Of a stretch of DNA of 64,000 nt, positions 59,134 through 64,000 are shown piece by piece. Where the stretch lies: positions 1 to 64,000 of the forward strand of contig JAYZAL010000064.1 of assembly GCA_036339735.1 (NCBI GenBank), written 5' to 3'. Each line of letters begins with the position of its first letter. Position 1 is the first letter of the stretch. The notes under the pieces were generated by a model. That model did not search any database and was not told the origin of the DNA. It saw only the letters and a list, made by a program, of their open reading frames with translations. The translations under genes were made by a program, and so were the position numbers. The stretch comes from Candidatus Poribacteria bacterium. GTDB taxonomy: Bacteria > Poribacteria > WGA-4E > UBA9662.

Positions 59134-60699
59134 TTACCGCTTGAGACCTAGTGCTTCCTGAAGAATGCTATCTGAAGTTGTAATAATCCGTGAGTTAGCT
59201 TGAAAACCCCTTTCAGTTGTTATTAGGTCAGTAAATTCTTCAGTCAAGTCAACATTAGACATCTCTAGTGCTCCCGATGAGATTTCACCCATGTTACGAC
59301 CTCCAGCAGCAATATACGATGGAGCGCCAGAACTAGGAGACACTGCAAACATACTATCTTGAATCGTATTCAATCCTTCTGGGTTAGGTATGTCAGCCAA
59401 AGCGACTTGGGCAATTGAGCGACTTATACCATTAGAGAAAATCCCATTGATAGTTCCGTCAGCGCCAATACTAAATGAGGTTAACGTCCCAGGCCCCACA
59501 CCGTCTTGCCGAGATGCCATAGCATCTGAAGTGGAAGCAAACTGAGTCAAATTACCAAACTGAAGGTCAAAGGTTAAATCTTTTCCATCACCTTTGGGCT
59601 TTATAGTAACCGTTGGCTCAGCAGGCGTAACAAACTCAAACGCGCCAGAATCTCCATTGAAACGTACTAAGCCGCTACCACTAACACCATCAGCCTCAAC
59701 ATCTGTAGCACCGGTTGCAGCCCAAGTCCAAGTGTTATCAGTGTCTTTCTGCTTTGTAAATGTTAACTCTACATCGTGGCGTTGACCAACACCATCGTAT
59801 ACACCAATTGTACTCTTATGTACTGCGGACACGACGTTGATTGAAGCAATCCCACTATTAAGATTTTCACCAAAACTGAGAGTTACACCATTACCATTAG
59901 GATCCTGAAGTGTTACTGCCTGATCCGCACCAGGTATTGCTACGTCAGGCCCACCATCGAGAGAGGCTACCAAATTACCACTTTCAGGGTCAGCAGGATC
60001 TCTTTTCACAATAATCCTGTGCGCTCCAGTCGACAACTGACTGTCGGCAGGTAAATCATAAGTCTTAATTCCAGTACCACCACTTTCCGTCAACTCGGCT
60101 TGTCCCGCTCGAGTATCTAAATTTCCCATATACTCAACAAATCCGGTTGATTTAGCGATTGATTTCGAGAAAGGAAAGTTAATCTTCCCAACGGGCTTAC
60201 TACTATCAACTAACCCTGTTGCACTATCAGCGTTCCAGCCCATGACTCTATAACCATTTGGCCTGTACATCATATCACCGTTAGTGTCAATTCCAAAGTT
60301 TCCTGCTCTTGTAAAAACTTTGACAGAATTCGAAGACGCTGCCACTCCTTTACTGTTTGGATCTACTTGAGCCGCGTCGGGGGCTCCCAGAACAAACATC
60401 CCCTTACCACGAACCATCAAATCCGTCGCAACGTCAGTGATTTGCGGACTCCCATTTTTGTGATTAACGTCAATGGAACTTATCTGCACGCCTGCGCCCA
60501 CCTGATTAGGATTAGTGGCACCTCTTTGACCTGTAGCTGCAACTCCACCTTTCAGAGTTTGAGCAAATGTTTCTCTAAAAATGACCCGAGATTTTTTAAA
60601 TCCAGTTGTGTTTATATTAGCTAGATTATTTCCAATAATATTAACCTTAGCCTGATGGGTCCGTAACCCTGTCAGCCCTGAATATAATGCACCAATCAT
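59134..60699 (-). CDS. flgE: Flagellar hook protein FlgE
   Basis: IGNNLANINTTGFK, FTRAGNF, VYDGVG..H, LEMSNVDLTEEFTDLI..RGFQANSRIITTSD. Confidence 0.96.
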   Translation of the reverse strand: MIGALYSGLTGLRTHQAKVNIIGNNLANINTTGFKKSRVIFRETFAQTLKGGVAATGQRGATNPNQVGAGVQISSIDVNHKNGSPQITDVATDLMVRGKGMFVLGAPDAAQVDPNSKGVAASSNSVKVFTRAGNFGIDTNGDMMYRPNGYRVMGWNADSATGLVDSSKPVGKINFPFSKSIAKSTGFVEYMGNLDTRAGQAELTESGGTGIKTYDLPADSQLSTGAHRIIVKRDPADPESGNLVASLDGGPDVAIPGADQAVTLQDPNGNGVTLSFGENLNSGIASINVVSAVHKSTIGVYDGVGQRHDVELTFTKQKDTDNTWTWAATGATDVEADGVSGSGLVRFNGDSGAFEFVTPAEPTVTIKPKGDGKDLTFDLQFGNLTQFASTSDAMASRQDGVGPGTLTSFSIGADGTINGIFSNGISRSIAQVALADIPNPEGLNTIQDSMFAVSPSSGAPSYIAAGGRNMGEISSGALEMSNVDLTEEFTDLITTERGFQANSRIITTSDSILQEALGLKR

Positions 60700-60715
60700 T
60701 GTTTATCTCCTCTTT

Positions 60716-60760
60716 AATCTTTATCTTCTTAGACGTTCTTCAATCTTTATCTTCTTAGAC
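60716..60760. repeat. Perfect 19-bp direct repeat at the flgC/flgE junction
   Basis: AATCTTTATCTTCTTAGAC at 60716-60734 and 60742-60760. Confidence 0.95.
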
Positions 60761-61174
60761 ACTTCGGCCAATACTTAGTGCTTCACGCGCCATCGTTTTT
60801 GCCGCATTAATAGCTTGTACGTTTGCCTCATAAGCACGAGTCGCAGAAATTAAATCAACCATTTCACTGACGATATTGACATTTGGCATGTGGACATAGC
60901 CATTTTCATCTGCATCCGGATGTCCTGGATCATATCGCAACTGAAGTGGGTTAGTCAGCGAATGATCTTCTCGAATACCATTCTTCGGAATATGAACGCC
61001 CTTCAAATCAGGCCTTGGCATAAAGACAACCATCTTCCTTCTAAATGGTTCACCTGTTTCCGTTCGTGTGGTATTGACATTAGCAATGTTGTTAGAGATA
61101 ACTTCCATACGTAATCGCTCGGCTGTTAACCCTGAACCACTAGCTTGAATCGCCGAAATAAAACTCACAACCAT
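60755..61174 (-). CDS. flgC: Flagellar basal-body rod protein FlgC
   Basis: SGLTAERLRMEVISNNIAN, YDPGHPDAD..GYV.MPNV, ATRAYEAN. Confidence 0.97.
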   Translation of the reverse strand: MVVSFISAIQASGSGLTAERLRMEVISNNIANVNTTRTETGEPFRRKMVVFMPRPDLKGVHIPKNGIREDHSLTNPLQLRYDPGHPDADENGYVHMPNVNIVSEMVDLISATRAYEANVQAINAAKTMAREALSIGRSV

Positions 61175-61180
61175 TTACTC

Positions 61181-61576
61181 CTAAACAATAATTGCACTAT
61201 CTATATTGGTGAAAACGTTATCCTTCATATTATGTCCGTCTATCACCGTAATAACAGTCCGATTTTTTACACTAACAATAAATGCCAAATCGTCCATTAA
61301 CAACAAGGACTCACTAGCACCTTTTTGGGATGCTCTCTCGACAGCATTTTCGATTTTTACCAAATCTTGTCGGCTGAGATCTATTTGACGAACAGCCAAC
61401 CTTCCCTCAGCATGAGCACTAAAATTTATCCCCTTACGCTCTCCGATCTGTTTTTTGAGAGCCTTTTTAAAAGAAGCCTTTGTATGAGGCGAACCGACCC
61501 CTTTATTCGACCGGAAATCGTTTTTCTGAACTAAGGGCGTAGTTACGTTTTCTGTTCGCTGGATCATGTTCATCAC
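61181..61576 (-). CDS. Flagellar operon protein (TIGR02530 family)
   Basis: FSAHA..RL..R.I, A..KG...SLLL.DD.AFIVSVKNRTVIT, NVFTNIDSA. Confidence 0.92.
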   Translation of the reverse strand: MMNMIQRTENVTTPLVQKNDFRSNKGVGSPHTKASFKKALKKQIGERKGINFSAHAEGRLAVRQIDLSRQDLVKIENAVERASQKGASESLLLMDDLAFIVSVKNRTVITVIDGHNMKDNVFTNIDSAIIV

Positions 61577-61607
61577 TGTTCAAAATCTATCGTAATTTCC
61601 GTTTCAA

Positions 61608-62024
61608 TTATTGGGAAATCTTCTGTACATTGTTGACATTGACGTCCCGCTCCCCAACCCTGAGGATAGTCTTTCCATCTAACAAACGGACCGATGATAC
61701 GACGCCATTAATCACTCGATCACTTGTACCGCTTTCAGCTGCTTCGATTTCTTTCCCAATTAATGAGCTAGCCTCTAGCAAAGCCACTGACGCAAAACTT
61801 TTATTCAGGTTTTGCATTTGTTCCAAAGCACTAAACTCTGCCATTTGGGCCACGAATTGCTGGTTGTCCATGGGCTCAAGTGGATTCTGATGTTGGAGCT
61901 GAGTGGTTAACAAACGAAGAAAAGCTTCTTTACCTAGCGTATTAGTCGGTGTCCGCTTTGCAATTGGACTAGCCACATCTCCTAACATTTCATCGAGATG
62001 GCCGACAGGGCCAATGTTACTCAT
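61608..62024 (-). CDS. flgD: Flagellar hook cap FlgD (short form)
   Basis: LGKEAFLRLLTTQLQHQNPLEPMDN.QFVAQMA.FS.LEQM.NLN, ASSLIGK. Confidence 0.96.
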   Translation of the reverse strand: MSNIGPVGHLDEMLGDVASPIAKRTPTNTLGKEAFLRLLTTQLQHQNPLEPMDNQQFVAQMAEFSALEQMQNLNKSFASVALLEASSLIGKEIEAAESGTSDRVINGVVSSVRLLDGKTILRVGERDVNVNNVQKISQ

Positions 62025-62038
62025 TGTAATTTGCTCCT

Positions 62039-63892
62039 TTAAACTAGATGGTCTATCCCAGTGGAAGAAAAGTTTATATGTTGGGCTCCCATTTGCTCGT
62101 CGCTCCTCGAGCTACCTGATAACTCATACGAAACGTCATTGTTTGGTGTACCTGCTCCTTGAAATCGACGATACCCCAAATCTTGGTCCCAATCACTAAA
62201 GTTTTGCCACCCACCTTGTTGTTCCGAATTATTAGACATTACCTGAAAGTTATCGATTTGAATTCCATGTTCCGATAGCGCGTTTCTTAATTGTGCCAAG
62301 TTACCTCTAACAATCTCACTTACCATCCCATTTCTCGCCTGAACTTGTGCTGACAATACACTATCTTCAAAAACTAAACGAATATGAAGCCTACCGAGGG
62401 AAGGAGGCTCCAAGTCGATAGTCGCCTGTTGAAACCCACGCCCTAACTGGGGCTGTAGCTTGTCTGCGATTTGGATGATCACTTGATCAGAACTAACAAT
62501 CTGAGTTGGTAGGGTCGCGTCGCCCTGAGCTCCACTTAGCACATTTGCTAAACTGACAGTATCCATACGCTGAATCTGATTCCAACTCAATACCATATTT
62601 TGTGTGCCTTGAGCTGTTTCAGTATATCCTTGACTAATCTCGAATTGAGGTAATTGGAAACCTCTATACTGAGACTGTAACCCTCGCTGGTTAAGGGTCT
62701 GATGATTTGGTGAATTCTGCTGCTGTAGATTGAACTGTAACTGGCGTAACTGGTTCAAACTTTCGTTGCCAGGTTCAAACGCTTTACCTGTCAACATATT
62801 TGAAAAATTAGATTGAGGCATATTTTCAGCTGGTGGCAAAACAATCACTCGTTCTACTGGCACTTCCAACTGACTAGCCAAATCCTCTACATTACTAACA
62901 TCACCAAAGGGTAATAGTTCAGTCTCAATCAATTTTTTTTCGTTAGTGTCGAATACACCCACCACACCTTTTGAGTCATTCGATTCAGTCGAAACCTGGA
63001 CTTGGCTCTCGAAATCCTGCCCATCCTCAAATCCCAAGGCCATAGGTGTTTGTGCTACCTGAACGCCTGAATCTTCAGTATGAGTCGAACTAAATCCATG
63101 GGGGCCCAACTTAGAATCAAACTCATTTATATCGTCATGATTAATCCCATCAGCAGAAGTTCCAGATTCGGCCGAAACCGACATAACCTCTTGCTCTAAC
63201 AACAGATCTGCCATCGACAGTTCACCTGACTGCAGATTACTTTCTAAATCTCCCTGCCTGCCTCTAGCGCTTTCAGCGAAACGTGCAACAATCTGCTCTG
63301 CCAACTGATCTAGTTCTGTCTCACCGAGTGCTTCGATATTAAGATCTGAAAGCAACTTTGGCAAATTTATATTCGAAGTAGCTACAGAGGCCTCTGAACC
63401 ATCCAATGAACTCAACCCCTGATTACCGGCCTTATCATCGAAAAGCGTTTTTTGTCCGCCTGAAAGTTGCTGGATCAACATTTCAGCCAATCCTAACTGG
63501 CCGGTTTTTGCAATTTCCATTGCATACTTTTCGTCTAGCATGCCGTTGAAAATTTTCATCGTGGTACTGTTTTCGCCTAAAAAATCAGTCTCAGTAGACG
63601 ATTGCCGCATAGTTGAAAGTAATTGAGCAACAAAAACGGATTCAAACTCTTGAGCAGCAGTTCGAAGCTTACTCTGTTCAGGAGTTAAAGGCCCCTGAGA
63701 TGATAATGACAATGAAGAGGCTCGGAGCGAATCCGCCTGTTGCTGGCCTCCACTTTTGTCATTGCCCATCATTGCTGATATTTTAGCCCCTAGCTTTTGA
63801 GCTTTAGACTTGTATGTATCATAGTCAGTCGACGCAGCGCCCATTGAGCCTTTACTGGATTCTTGTTGCAATAAGACAGGGAAAATATCCAT
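62039..63892 (-). CDS. Fusion of an FlgJ N-terminal rod-binding domain and a FliK hook-length control C-terminal domain
   Basis: aa 75-143 KLRTAAQEFESVFVAQLLSTMR...MLDEKYA.EIA...GLAEMLIQQL; C-terminal ATIDLEPPSLGRLHI...L.QLRNALSEHGI; one uninterrupted ORF. Confidence 0.85.
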   Translation of the reverse strand: MDIFPVLLQQESSKGSMGAASTDYDTYKSKAQKLGAKISAMMGNDKSGGQQQADSLRASSLSLSSQGPLTPEQSKLRTAAQEFESVFVAQLLSTMRQSSTETDFLGENSTTMKIFNGMLDEKYAMEIAKTGQLGLAEMLIQQLSGGQKTLFDDKAGNQGLSSLDGSEASVATSNINLPKLLSDLNIEALGETELDQLAEQIVARFAESARGRQGDLESNLQSGELSMADLLLEQEVMSVSAESGTSADGINHDDINEFDSKLGPHGFSSTHTEDSGVQVAQTPMALGFEDGQDFESQVQVSTESNDSKGVVGVFDTNEKKLIETELLPFGDVSNVEDLASQLEVPVERVIVLPPAENMPQSNFSNMLTGKAFEPGNESLNQLRQLQFNLQQQNSPNHQTLNQRGLQSQYRGFQLPQFEISQGYTETAQGTQNMVLSWNQIQRMDTVSLANVLSGAQGDATLPTQIVSSDQVIIQIADKLQPQLGRGFQQATIDLEPPSLGRLHIRLVFEDSVLSAQVQARNGMVSEIVRGNLAQLRNALSEHGIQIDNFQVMSNNSEQQGGWQNFSDWDQDLGYRRFQGAGTPNNDVSYELSGSSRSDEQMGAQHINFSSTGIDHLV

Positions 63893-63902
63893 TATAACTT
63901 CC

Positions 63903-64000
63903 TTACATAATGATCAGCTTGGCGTGCAATGCGCCAGCTTTTTCCATCAGTTTCAAAACTTCGATCAACTCCATAGTAGATGTACCCGCAGCTTTTAAAG
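63903..64000 (-). CDS. flgI: Flagellar P-ring protein FlgI, C-terminal fragment (runs off the window)
   Basis: Translated by hand as LKAAGTSTMELIEVLKLMEKAGALHAKLIIM*, matching the FlgI C-terminus; immediately upstream of the FlgJ domain. Confidence 0.85.
   Translation of the reverse strand, partial: LKAAGTSTMELIEVLKLMEKAGALHAKLIIM

Overview
Chromosomal window from a moderately AT-rich diderm bacterium. The combination of several PhyH dioxygenases, a PSD1/planctomycete cytochrome c protein, heptose genes, an Alu-containing large SRP RNA, Firmicutes-style flagellar genes and a protein ending in an NYPNPFNPETW..YWDGRN..GE.VASGVYFY domain is most consistent with Candidatus Poribacteria or a related lineage. 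This taxonomic call is inference from recalled motifs, not a search result. Positions 1-1.3 kb hold a stable-RNA operon: all four tRNA-Ser, tRNA-Arg(ACG), tadA, tRNA-Ala(CGC) and SRP RNA. Positions 1.3-40 kb are a mosaic of housekeeping genes (alaS, argS, eno, map, miaB, pcrA, gatC, panC, mtnA, recX, larB, gmhB/hldA) and catabolic enzymes. Positions 40.3-64 kb are one tightly packed minus-strand flagellar locus and the most interesting part. It encodes an apparent FlgJ rod-cap/FliK ruler fusion, has a rearranged rod/hook gene order, and has a sigma28 promoter before flgN-flgK-flgL. After flgL, instead of flagellin, come nine accessory genes: two cohesin/dockerin-type exported proteins, a lytic transglycosylase, a TPR lipoprotein, a second FliK-like protein, a stand-alone FlhB-C protein, a PEGA/FGE-fold protein and two FlgT-C-like proteins. 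The PEGA/FGE protein contains about six nested copies of a roughly 80-aa repeat that is also inserted twice into FlgL. No CRISPR array, transposase, integrase or reverse transcriptase was seen. All domain calls were made by eye.
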